A DNA stretch of 64,000 nt, from assembly GCA_964016885.1 (NCBI GenBank), contig OZ024745.1, positions 30,504,001 through 30,568,000 of the forward strand. The letters are read 5' to 3'. The notes under the pieces are model-generated. The model ran no database searches, was not told the DNA's origin, and saw only the letters and a program-made list of their open reading frames with translations. This DNA comes from Eledone cirrhosa (Eukaryota). Numbering within the stretch: the first letter of the stretch is position 1; every line of letters begins with the position of its first letter. Of this stretch, positions 40,901 through 55,900 are shown one piece after another. Both the position numbers and the translations under genes were made by a program.

Positions 40901-43900
40901 ATCTGTGTATGAAGAACAACACTTTAACCTCAACAAAGGGTGACAATTCATAGATGTGACATCTGTGTATGAAGAACAACACTTTAACCTCAACAAAGGG
41001 CGACAATTCATAGATGTGACATCTGTGTATGAAGAACATCAGTTTAACGTCAACAAAGAGTGACATTTCATAGATGTGACATCTGTGTATGACGAACAAC
41101 ACTTTAACCTCAACAAAGGGTGACAATTCATAGATGTGACATCTGTGTATGAAGAACAACACTTTAACCTCAACAAAGGGCGACAATTCATAGATGTGAC
41201 ATCTGTGTATGAAGAACAACATTTTAACCTCTACAAAGAGTGACAATTCATAGATGTGACATCTGTGTATAAAGAACAACACTTTAACCTCAACAAAGAG
41301 CGACAATTCATAGATGTAACATCTGTGTATGAAGAACAACAGTTTAACCTCAACAAAGGCCGACAATTCATAGATGTGACAGCTGTGAATGAAGAACAAC
41401 ACTTTAACCTCAACAAAGGGCGACAATTCATAGATGTGACATCTGTGTATGAAGAACAACACTTTAACCTCAACAAAGGGCGACAATTCATAGATGTGAC
41501 ATCTGTGTATGAAGAACAACACTTTAACCTCAACAAAGGGTGACAATTCATAGATGTGACATCTGTGTATGAAGAACAACACTTTAACCTTAACAACCAA
41601 AGGGAGACAATTCATAGATGTGACATCTGTGTATGAAGAACAACACTTTAACCTCAACAAAGGGCGACAATTCATAGATGTGACATCTGTGTATGAAGAA
41701 CAACACTTTAACCTCAACAAAGGGCGACAATTCATAGATGTGACATCTGTGTATGAAGAACAACACTTTAACCTCAACAAAGGGCGACAATTCATAGATG
41801 TGACATCTGTGTATGAAGAACAACACTTTAACCTCAACAAAGGGTGACAATTCATAGATGTGACATCTGTGTATGAAGAACAACACTTTAACCTCAACAA
41901 AGGGTGACAATTCATAGATGTGACATCTGAGTATGAAGAACAACACTTTAACCTCAACAAAGGGTGACAATTAATAGATGTGACATCTGTGTATGAAGAA
42001 CAACACTTTAACCTCAACAAAGGGTGACAATTCATAGATGTGACATCTCAGTATGAGGAACAACACTTTAACCTCAACAAAGGGTGACAATTCATAGATG
42101 TGAGATCTGTGTATGAAGAACAACACTTTAACCTCAACAAAGGGTGACAATTCATAGACGTGACATCTGTGTATGAAGAACAACACTTTAACCTCAACAA
42201 AGGTGACAATTCATAGATGTGACATCTGTGTATGAAGAACAACACTTTAACCTCAACAAAGAGTGACAATTCATAGATGTGACATCTGTGTATGAAGAAC
42301 AACACTTTAACCTCAACAAAGGGCGACAATTCATAGATGTGACATCTGTGTATGAAGAACAACACTTTAACCTCAACAAAGGGTGACAATTCATAGATGT
42401 GACATCTGTGTATGAAGAACAACACTTTAACCTCAACAAAGGGCGACAATTCATAGATGTGACATCTGTGTATGAAGAACATCAGTTTAACGTCAACAAA
42501 GAGTGACATTTCATAGATGTGACATCTGTGTATGACGAACAACACTTTAACCTCAACAAAGGGCGACAATTCATAGATGTGACATCTGTGTATGAAGAAC
42601 AACATTTTAACCTCTACAAAGAGTGACAATTCATAGATGTGACATCTGTGTATGAAGAACAACACTTTAACCTCAACAAAGAGCGACAATTCATAGATGT
42701 GACATCTGTGTATGAAGAACAACAGTTTAACCTCAACAAAGGCCGACAATTCATAGATGTGACAGCTGTGTATGAAGAACAACACTTTAACCTCAACAAA
42801 GGGCGACAATTCATAGATGTGACATCTGTGTATGAAGAACAACACTTTAACCTCAACAAAGGGCGACAATTCATAGATGTGACATCTGTGTATGAAGAAC
42901 AACACTTTAACCTCAACAAAGGGTGACAATTCATAGATGTGACATCTGTGTATGAAGAACAACACTTTAACCTTAACAACCAAAGGGAGACAATTCATAG
43001 ATGTGACATCTGTGTATGAAGAACAACACTTTAACCTCAACAAAGGGCGACAATTCATAGATGTGACATCTGTGTATGAAGAACAACACTTTAACCTCAA
43101 CAAAGAGCGACAATTCATAGATGTGACACCTGTGTATGAAGAACAACACTTTAACCTCAACAAAGGGTGACAATTCATAGATGTGACATCTGCGTATGAA
43201 GAACAACACTTTAACCTCAACAAAGGGGGACAATTCATAGATGTGACATCTGTGTCTTAAGAACAACACTTTAACCTCAACAAAGGGTGACAATTAATAG
43301 ATGTGACATCTGTGTATGAAGAACAACACTTTAACCTCAACAAAGGGTGACAATTCATAGATGTGACATCTCAGTATGAGGAACAACACTTTAACCTCAA
43401 CAAAGGGTGACAATTCATAGATGTGACATCTGTGTATGAAGAACAACACTTTAACCTCAACAAAGGGTGACAATTCATAGATGTGACATCTGAGTATGAA
43501 GAACAACACTTTAACCTCAACAAAGGGTGACAATTCATAGATGTGACATGTGTATGAAGAACAACACTTTAACCTCAACAAAGGGTGACAATCCATAGAT
43601 GTGACATCTGTGTATGAAGAACAACACTTTAACCTCAACAAAGGGTGACAATCCATAGATGTGACATCTGTGTATGAAGAACAACACTTTAACCTCAACA
43701 AAGGGTGACAATTCATAGATGTGACATCTGAGTATGAAGAACAACACTTTAACCTCAACAAAGGGTGACAATTCATAGATGTGACATCTGAGTATGAAGA
43801 ACAACACTTTACCCTTAACAAAGGGTGACAATCCATAGATGTGACATCTGTATATGAAGAACAACACTTTAACCTCAACAAAGGTGACAATTCATTGATG

Positions 43901-46900
43901 TGACATCTGAGTATGAAGAACAACAGTTTAACCCCAACAAAGGGTGACAATTCATAGATGTGACATCTGTGTGTGAAGAACAACACTTTAACCTCAACAA
44001 AGTGTGACAATTCATAGATGTGACATCTGTGTATGAAGAACAACACTTTAACCTCAACAAAGGTGACAATTCATAGATGTGACATCTGTGTATGAAGAAC
44101 AACACTTTAACCTCAGCAAAGAGCGACAATTCATAGATGTGACATCTGTGTATGAAGAACAACAGTTTAACCTCAACAAAGGGCGACAATTCATAGATGT
44201 GACAGCTGTGTATGAAGAACAACACTTTAACCTCAACAAAGGGCGACAATTCATAGATGTGACATCTGTGTATGAAGAACAACACTTTAACCTCAACAAA
44301 GGGCGACAATTCATAGATGTGACATCTGTGTATGAAGAACAACACTTTAACCTCAACAAAGGGTGACAATTCATAGATGTGACATCTGTGTATGAAGAAC
44401 AACACTTTAACCTTAACAAACAAAGGGAGACAATTCATAGATGTGACATCTGTGTATGAAGAACAACACTTTAACCTCAACAAAGGGCGACAATTCATAG
44501 ATGTGACATCTGTGTATGAAGAACAACACTTTAACCTCAACAAAGGGCGACAATTCATAGATGTGACATCTGTGTATGAAGAACAACACTTTAACCTCAA
44601 CAAAGGGTGACAATTCATAGATGTGACATCTGTGTATGAAGAACAACACTTTAACCTCAACAAAGGGTGACAATTCATAGATGTGACATCTGAGTATGAA
44701 GAACAACACTTTAACCTCAACAAAGGGTGACAATTAATAGATGTGACATCTGTGTATGAAGAACAACACTTTAACCTCAACAAAGGGTGACAATTCATAG
44801 ATGTGACATCTCAGTATGAGGAACAACACTTTAACCTCAACAAAGGGTGACAATTCATAGATGTGACATCTGTGTATGAAGAACAACACTTTAACCTCAA
44901 CAAAGGGTGACAATTCATAGATGTGACATCTGTGTATGAAGAACAACACTTTAACCTCAACAAAGGGCGACAATTCATAGATGTGACATCTGTGTATGAA
45001 GAACAACACTTTAACCTCAACAAAGGGTGACAATTCATAGATGTGACATCTGTGTATGAAGAACAACACTTTAACCTCAACAAAGGGCGACAATTCATAG
45101 ATGTGACATCTGTGTATGAAGAACATCAGTTTAACGTCAACAAAGAGTGACATTTCATAGATGTGACATCTGTGTATGACGAACAACACTTTAACCTCAA
45201 CAAAGGGTGACAATTCATAGATGTGACATCTGTGTATGAAGAACAACACTTTAACCTCAACAAAGGGCGACAATTCATAGATGTGACATCTGTGTATGAA
45301 GAACAACATTTTAACCTCTACAAAGAGTGACAATTCATAGATGTGACATCTGTGTATGAAGAACAACACTTTAACCTCAACAAAGAGCGACAATTCATAG
45401 ATGTGACATCTGTGTATGAAGAACAACAGTTTAACCTCAACAAAGGCCGACAATTCATAGATGTGACAGCTGTGAATGAAGAACAACACTTTAACCTCAA
45501 CAAAGGGCGACAATTCATAGATGTGACATCTGTGTATGAAGAACAACACTTTAACCTCAACAAAGGGCGAAAATTCATAGATGTGACATCTGTGTATGAA
45601 GAACAACACTTTAACCTCAACAAAGGGTGACAATTCATAGATGTGACATCTGTGTATGAAGAACAACACTTTAACCTTAACAACCAAAGGGAGACAATTC
45701 ATAGATGTGACATCTGTGTATGAAGAACAACACTTTAACCTCAACAAAGGGCGACAATTCATAGATGTGACATCTGTGTATGAAGAACAATACTTTAACC
45801 TCAACAAAGGGCGACAATTCATAGATGTGACATCTGTGTATGAAGAACAACACTTTAACCTCAACAAAGGGCGACAATTCATAGATGTGACATCTGTGTA
45901 TGAAGAACAACACTTTAACCTCAACAAAGGGTGACAATTCATAGATGTGACATCTGTGTATGAAGAACAACACTTTAACCTCAACAAAGGGTGACAATTC
46001 ATAGATGTGACATCTGAGTATGAAGAACAACACTTTAACCTCAACAAAGGGTGACAATTAATAGATGTGACATCTGTGTATGAAGAACAACACTTTAACC
46101 TCAACAAAGGGTGACAATTCATAGATGTGACATCTCAGTATGAGGAACAACACTTTAACCTCAACAAAGGGTGACAATTCATAGATGTGAGATCTGTGTA
46201 TGAAGAACAACACTTTAACCTCAACAAAGGGTGCCAATTCATAGATGTGACATCTGTGTATGAAGAACAACACTTTAACCTCAACAAAGGTGACAATTCA
46301 TAGATGTGACATCTGTGTATGAAGAACAACACTTTAACCTCAACAAAGAGTGACAATTCATAGATGTGACATCTGTGTATGAAGAACAACACTTTAACCT
46401 CAACAAAGGGCGACAATTCATAGATGTGACATCTGTGTATGAAGAACAACACTTTAACCTCAACAAAGGGTGACAATTCATAGATGTGACATCTGTGTAT
46501 GAAGAACAACACTTTAACCTCAACAAAGGGCGACAATTCATAGATGTGACATCTGTGTATGAAGAACATCAGTTTAACGTCAACAAAGAGTGACATTTCA
46601 TAGATGTGACATCTGTGTATGACGAACAACACTTTAACCTCAACAAAGGGCGACAATTCATAGATGTGACATCTGTGTATGAAGAACAACATTTTAACCT
46701 CTACAAAGAGTGACAATTCATAGATGTGACATCTGTGTATGAAGAACAACACTTTAACCTCAACAAAGAGCGACAATTCATAGATGTGACATCTGTGTAT
46801 GAAGAACAACAGTTTAACCTCAACAAAGGCCGACAATTCATAGATGTGACAGCTGTGTATGAAGAACAACACTTTAACCTCAACAAAGGGCGACAATTCA

Positions 46901-49900
46901 TAGATGTGACATCTGTGTATGAAGAACAACACTTTAACCTCAACAAAGGGCGACAATTCATAGATGTGACATCTGTGTATGAAGAACAACACTTTAACCT
47001 CAACAAAGAGTGACAATTCATAGATGTGACATCTGTGTATGAAGAACAACACTTTAACCTTAACAACCAAAGGGAGACAATTCATAGATGTGACATCTGT
47101 GTATGAAGAACAACACTTTAACCTCAACAAAGGGCGACAATTCATAGATGTGACATCTGTGTATGAAGAACAACACTTTAACCTCAACAAAGGGCGACAA
47201 TTCATAGATGTGACACCTGTGTATGAAGAACAACACTTTAACCTCAACAAAGGGTGACAATTCATAGATGTGACATCTGCGTATGAAGAACAACACTTTA
47301 ACCTCAACAAAGGGTGACAATTCATAGATGTGACATCTGTGTCTTAAGAACAACACTTTAACCTCAACAAAGGGTGACAATTAATAGATGTGACATCTGT
47401 GTATGAAGAACAACACTTTAACCTCAACAAAGGGTGACAATTCATAGATGTGACATCTCAGTATGAGGAACAACACTTTAACCTCAACAAAGGGTGACAA
47501 TTCATAGATGTGACATCTGTGTATGAAGAACAACACTTTAACCTCAACAAAGGGTGACAATTCATAGATGTGACATCTGAGTATGAAGAACAACACTTTA
47601 ACCTCAACAAAGGGTGACAATTCATAGATGTGACATGTGTATGAAGAACAACACTTTAACCTCAACAAAGGGTGACAATCCATAGATGTGACATCTGTGT
47701 ATGAAGAACAACACTTTAACCTCAACAAAGGGTGACAATCCATAGATGTGACATCTGTGTATGAAGAACAACACTTTAACCTCAACAAAGGGTGACAATT
47801 CATAGATGTGACATCTGAGTATGAAGAACAACACTTTAACCTCAACAAAGGGTGACAATTCATAGATGTGACATCTGAGTATGAAGAACAACACTTTACC
47901 CTTAACAAAGGGTGACAATCCATAGATGTGACATCTGTATATGAAGAACAACACTTTAACCTCAACAAAGGTGACAATTCATTGATGTGACATCTGAGTA
48001 TGAAGAACAACAGTTTAACCCCAACAAAGGGTGACAATTCATAGATGTGACATCTGTGTGTGAAGAACAACACTTTAACCTCAACAAAGTGTGACAATTC
48101 ATAGATGTGACATCTGTGTATGAAGAACAACACTTTAACCTCAACAAAGGTGACAATTCATAGATGTGACATCTGTGTATGAAGAACAACACTTTAACCT
48201 CAGCAAAGAGCGACAATTCATAGATGTGACATCTGTGTATGAAGAAAACAGTTTAACCTCAACAAAGGGCGACAATTCATAGATGTGACAGCTGTGTATG
48301 AAGAACAACACTTTAACCTCAACAAAGGGCGACAATTCATAGATGTGACATCTGTGTATGAAGAACAACACTTTAACCTCAACAAAGGGCGACAATTCAT
48401 AGATGTGACATCTGTGTATGAAGAACAACACTTTAACCTCAACAAAGGGTGACAATTCATAGATGTGACATCTGTGTATGAAGAACAACACTTTAACCTT
48501 AACAAACAAAGGGAGACAATTCATAGATGTGACATCTGTGTATGAAGAACAACACTTTAACCTCAACAAAGGGCGACAATTCATAGATGTGACATCTGTG
48601 TATGAAGAACAACACTTTAACCTCAACAAAGGGCGACAATTCATAGATGTGACATCTGTGTATGAAGAACAACACTTTAACCTCAACAAAGGGTGACAAT
48701 TCATAGATGTGACATCTGTGTATGAAGAACAACACTTTAACCTCAACAAAGGGTGACAATTCATAGATGTGACATCTGAGTATGAAGAACAACACTTTAA
48801 CCTCAACAAAGGGTGACAATTAATAGATGTGACATCTGTGTATGAAGAACAACACTTTAACCTCAACAAAGGGTGACAATTCATAGATGTGACATCTCAG
48901 TATGAGGAACAACACTTTAACCTCAACAAAGGGTGACAATTCATAGATGTGACATCTGTGTATGAAGAACAACACTTTAACCTCAACAAAGGGTGACAAT
49001 TCATAGATGTGACATCTGTGTATGAAGAACAACACTTTAACCTCAACAAAGGTGACAATTCATAGATGTGACATCTGTGTATGAAGAACAACACTTTAAC
49101 CTCAACAAAGAGTGACAATTCATAGATGTGACATCTGTGTATGAAGAACAACACTTTAACCTCAACAAAGGGCGACAATTCATAGATGTGACATCTGTGT
49201 ATGAAGAACAACACTTTAACCTCAACAAAGGGTGACAATTCATAGATGTGACATCTGTGTATGAAGAACAACACTTTAACCTCAACAAAGGGCGACAATT
49301 CATAGATGTGACATCTGTGTATGAAGAACATCAGTTTAACGTCAACAAAGAGTGACATTTCATAGATGTGACATCTGTGTATGACGAACAACACTTTAAC
49401 CTCAACAAAGGGTGACAATTCATAGATGTGACATCTGTGTATGAAGAACAACACTTTAACCTCAACAAAGGGCGACAATTCATAGATGTGACATCTGTGT
49501 ATGAAGAACAACATTTTAACCTCTACAAAGAGTGACAATTCATAGATGTGACATCTGTGTATGAAGAACAACACTTTAACCTCAACAAAGAGCGACAATT
49601 CATAGATGTGACATCTGTGTATGAAGAACAACAGTTTAACCTCAACAAAGGCCGACAATTCATAGATGTGACAGCTGTGTATGAGGAACAACACTTTAAC
49701 CTCAACAAAGGGCGACAATTCATAGATGTGACATCTGTGTATGAAGAACAACACTTTAACCTCAACAAAGGGCGACAATTCATAGATGTGATATCTGTGT
49801 ATGAAGAACAACACTTTAACCTCAACAAAGGGTGACAATTCATAGATGTGACATCTGTGTATGAAGAACAACACTTTAACCTTAACAACCAAAGGGAGAC

Positions 49901-52900
49901 AATTCATAGATGTGACATCTGTGTATGAAGAACAACACTTTAACCTCAACAAAGGGCGACAATTCATAGATGTGACATCTGTGTATGAAGAACAACACTT
50001 TAACCTCAACAAAGGGCGACAATTCATAGATGTGACATCTGTGTATGAAGAACAACACTTTAACCTCAACAAAGGGCGACAATTCATAGATGTGACATCT
50101 GTGTATGAAGAACAACACTTTAACCTCAACAAAGGGTGACAATTCATAGATGTGACATCTGTGTATGAAGAACAACACTTTAACCTCAACAAAGGGTGAC
50201 AATTCATAGATGTGACATCTGAGTATGAAGAACAACACTTTAACCTCAACAAAGGGTGACAATTAATAGATGTGACATCTGTGTATGAAGAACAACACTT
50301 TAACCTCAACAAAGGGTGACAATTCATAGATGTGACATCTCAGTATGAGGAACAACACTTTAACCTCAACAAAGGGTGACAATTCATAGATGTGAGATCT
50401 GTGTATGAAGAACAACACTTTAACCTCAACAAAGGGTGACAATTCATAGATGTGACATCTGTGTATGAAGAACAACACTTTAACCTCAACAAAGGTGACA
50501 ATTCATAGATGTGACATCTGTGTATGAAGAACAACACTTTAACCTCAACAAAGAGTGACAATTCATAGATGTGACATCTGTGTATGAAGAACAACACTTT
50601 AACCTCAACAAAGGGCGACAATTCATAGATGTGACATCTGTGTATGAAGAACAACACTTTAACCTCAACAAAGGGTGACAATTCATAGATGTGACATCTG
50701 TGTATGAAGAACAACACTTTAACCTCAACAAAGGGCGACAATTCACAGATGTGACATCTGTGTATGAAGAACATCAGTTTAACGTCAACAAAGAGTGACA
50801 TTTCATAGATGTGACAACTGTGTATGACGAACAACACTTTAACCTCAACAAAGGGCGACAATTCATAGATGTGACATCTGTGTATGAAGAACAACATTTT
50901 AACCTCTACAAAGAGTGACAATTCATAGATGTGACATCTGTGTATGAAGAACAACACTTTAACCTCAACAAAGAGCGACAATTCATAGATGTGACATCTG
51001 TGTATGAAGAACAACAGTTTAACCTCAACAAAGGCCGACAATTCATAGATGTGACAGCTGTGTATGAAGAACAACACTTTAACCTCAACAAAGGGCGACA
51101 ATTCATAGATGTGACATCTGTGTATGAAGAACAACACTTTAACCTCAACAAAGGGCGACAATTCATAGATGTGACATCTGTGTATGAAGAACAACACTTT
51201 AACCTCAACAAAGGGTGACAATTCATAGATGTGACATCTGTGTATGAAGAACAACACTTTAACCTTAACAACCAAAGGGAGACAATTCATAGATGTGACA
51301 TCTGTGTATGAAGAACAACACTTTAACCTCAACAAAGGGCGACAATTCATAGATGTGACATCTGTGTATGAAGAACAACACTTTAACCTCAACAAAGGGC
51401 GACAATTCATAGATGTGACACCTGTGTATGAAGAACAACACTTTAACCTCAACAAAGGGTGACAATTCATAGATGTGACATCTGCGTATGAAGAACAACA
51501 CTTTAACCTCAACAAAGGGTGACAATTCATAGATGTGACATCTGTGTCTTAAGAACAACACTTTAACCTCAACAAAGGGTGACAATTAATAGATGTGACA
51601 TCTGTGTATGAAGAACAACACTTTAACCTCAACAAAGGGTGACAATTCATAGATGTGACATCTCAGTATGAGGAACAACACTTTAACCTCAACAAAGGGT
51701 GACAATTCATAGATGTGACATCTGTATATGAAGAACAACACTTTAACCTCAACAAAGGGTGACAATTCATAGATGTGACATCTGAGTATGAAGAACAACA
51801 CTTTAACCTCAACAAAGGGTGACAATTCATAGATGTGACATGTGTATGAAGAACAACACTTTAACCTCAACAAAGGGTGACAATCCATAGATGTGACATC
51901 TGTGTATGAAGAACAACACTTTAACCTCAACAAAGGGTGACAATCCATAGATGTGACATCTGTGTATGAAGAACAACACTTTAACCTCAACAAAGGGTGA
52001 CAATTCATAGATGTGACATCTGAGTATGAAGAACAACACTTTAACCTCAACAAAGGGTGACAATTCATAGATGTGACATCTGAGTATGAAGAACAACACT
52101 TTACCCTTAACAAAGGGTGACAATCCATAGATGTGACATCTGTATATGAAGAACAACACTTTAACCTCAACAAAGGTGACAATTCATTGATGTGACATCT
52201 GAGTATGAAGAACAACAGTTTAACCCCAACAAAGGGTGACAATTCATAGATGTGACATCTGTGTGTGAAGAACAACACTTTAACCTCAACAAAGTGTGAC
52301 AATTCATAGATGTGACATCTGTGTATGAAGAACAACACTTTAACCTCAACAAAGGTGACAATTCATAGATGTGACATCTGTATATGAAGAACAACACTTT
52401 AACCTCAACAAAGAGTGACAATTCATAGATGTGACATCTGTGTATGAAGAACAACACTTTAACCTCAACAAAGGGTGACAATTCATAGATGTGACAGCTG
52501 TGTATGAAGAACAACACTTTAACCTCAACGAAGAGTGACAATTCATAGATGTGACATCTGTGTATGAAGAACAACACTTTAACATCAACAAAGGGTGACA
52601 ATTCATAGATGTGACATCTGTGTATAAAGAACAACACTTTAACCTCAACAAAGGGCGACAATTCATAGATGTGACATATGTGTATGAAGAACAACACTTT
52701 AACCTCAACAAAGGGCGACAATTCATAGATGTGACATCTGTGTATGAATAACAACACTTTAACCTCAACAAAGGGTGACAATTCATAGATGTGACATCTG
52801 TGTATGAAGAACAGCACTTTAACCTCAACGAAGCGTGACAATTCATAGATGTGACATCTGTGTATGAAGAACAACACTTTAACATCAACAAAGGGTGACA

Positions 52901-55900
52901 ATTCATAGATGTGACATCTGTGTATGAAGAACAACACTTTAACCTCAACAAAGGGTGACAATTCATAGATGTGACATCTGTGTATGAAGAACAACACTTT
53001 AACCTCAACAAAGGGCGACAATTCATAGATGTGACATCTGTGTATGAAGAACAACACTTTAACCTCAACAAAGGGTGACAATTCATAGATGTGACATCTG
53101 TGTATGAAGAACAACACTTTAACCTTAACAAACAAAGGGAGACAATTCATAGATGTGACATCTGTGTATGAAGAACAACACTTTAACCTCAACAAAGGGC
53201 GACAATTCATAGATGTGACATCTGTGTATGAAGAACAACACTTTAACCTCAACAAAGGGTGACAATTCATAGATGTGACAGCTGTGTATGAAGAACAACA
53301 CTTTAACCTCAACAAAAAGTGACAATTCATAGATGTGACATCTGAGTATGAAGAACAACACTTTAACCTCAACAAAGGGTGACAATTAATAGATGTGACA
53401 TCTGTGTATGAAGAACAACACTTTAACCTCAACAAAGGGTGACAATTCATAGATGTGACATCTCAGTATGAGGAACAACACTTTAACCTCAACAAAGGGT
53501 GACAATTCATAGATGTGACATCTGTGTATGAAGAACAACACTTTAACCTCAACAAAGGGTGACAATTCATAGATGTGACATCTGAATATGAAGAACAACA
53601 CTTTAACCTCAACAAAGGGTGACAATTCATAGATGTGACATCTGTGTATGAAGAACAACACTTTAACCTCAACAAAGGGTGAGAATCCATAGATGTGACA
53701 TCTGTTTATGAAGAACAACACTTTAACCTCAACAAAGGGTGACAATCCATAGATGTGACATCTGTGTATGAAGAACAACACTTTAACCTCAACAAAGGGT
53801 GACAATTCATAGATGTGACATCTGAGTATGAAGAACAACACTTTAACCTCAACAAAGGGTGACAATTCATAGATGTGACATCTGAGTATGAAGAACAACA
53901 GTTTAACCTTAACGAAGGGTGACAATCTATAGATGTGACATCTGTATATGAAGAACAACACTTTAACCTCAACAAAGGTGACAATTCATTGATGTGACAT
54001 CTGAGTATGAAGAACAACAGTTTAAACCCAACAAAGGGTGACAATTCATAGATGTGACATCTGTGTGTGAAGAACAACACTTTAACCTCAACAAAGGTGA
54101 CAAATCATAGATGTGACATCTGTGTATTAAGAACACTTTAACCTCAACAAAGAGTGACAATTCATAGATGTGACATCTGTGTATGAAGAACAACACTTTA
54201 ACCTCAACAAAGGCCGACAATTCATAGATGTGACATCTGTGTATGAAGAACAACAGTTTAACCTCAACAAAGGGCGACAATTCATAGATGTGACAGCTGT
54301 GTATGAAGAACAGCACTTTAACCTCAACAAAGGGTGACAATTCATAGATGTAACATCTGTGTATGAAGAACAACACTTTAACCTCAACAAAGGGTGACAA
54401 TTCATAGATATGACATCTGTGTATGAAGAACAACACTTTAACCTCAACAAAGAGTGACAATTCATAGATGTGACATCTGTGTATGAAGAACAACACTTTA
54501 ACCTCAACAAAGGGCGACAATTCATAGATGTGACATCTGTGTATGAAGAACAACACTTTAACCGTAACAAACAAAGGGTGACAATTCATAGATGTGACAT
54601 CTGAGTATGAAGAACAACACTTTAACCTCAACAAAGGGTGACAATTCATAGATGTGACATCTGAGTATGAAGAACAACACTTTAACCTCAACAAAGGGCG
54701 ACAATTCATAGATGTGACATCTGTGTATGAAGAACAACACTTTAACCTCCACAAACAAAGGGTGACAATTCATAGATGTGACATCTGTGTATGAAGAACA
54801 ACACTTTAACCTCAACAAAGGGCGACAATTCATACATGTGACATCTGTGTATGAAGAACAACACTTTAACCTCAACAAAGGGTGACAATTCATAGATGTG
54901 ACATCTGTGTATGAAGAACAACACTTTAACCTCAACACAGGTGACAATTCATAGATGTGACATCTGTGTATGAAGAACAAAACTTTAACCTCAACAAAGG
55001 GTGACAATTCATAGATGTGACATCTGTGTATGAAGAACAACACTTTAACCTCAACAAAGGGTAACAATTCATAGATGTGACATCTGTGTATGAAGAACAA
55101 CACTTTAACCTCAACAAAGAGTGACAATTCATAGATGTGACATCTGTGTATGAAGAACAACACTTTAACCTCAACAAAGGGTGACAATTCATAGATGTGA
55201 CATCTGAGTATGAAGAACAACACTTTAACCTCAACAAAGGGTGACAATTAATAGATGTGACATCTGTGTATGAAGAACAACACTTTAACCTCAACAAAGG
55301 GTGACAATTCATAGATGTGACATCTGTGTATGAAGAACAACACTTTAACCTTAACAAACAAAGGGAGACAATCCATAGATGTGACATCTGTGTATGAAGA
55401 ACAACACTTCAACCTTAACAAACAAAGGGTGACAATCCATAGATGTGACATCTGTGTATGAAGAACAACTCTTTAACCTTAACAAACAAAGGGTGACAAT
55501 TCATAGATGTGACATCTGTGTATGAAGAACAACACTTTAACCTCAAAAAAGGGTGACAATTCATAGATGTGACATCTGTGTATGAAGAACAACACTTTAA
55601 CCTCAACAAAGGGCGACAATTCATAGACGTGACATCTGTGTATGAAGAAGAACACTTTAACCTTAACAAACAAAGGGTGACAATTCATAGATGTGACATC
55701 TGTGTATGAAGAACAACACTTTAACCTCAACAAAGGGTGACAATTCATAGATGTGACATCTGTGTATGAAGAACAACACTTTACCCTCAACAAAGGGTGA
55801 CAATTCATAGATGTGACATCTGTGTATGAAGAACAACACGTTAACCTCAACAAAGGTCGACAATTCATAGATGTGACATCTGTGTATGAAAAACAACACT

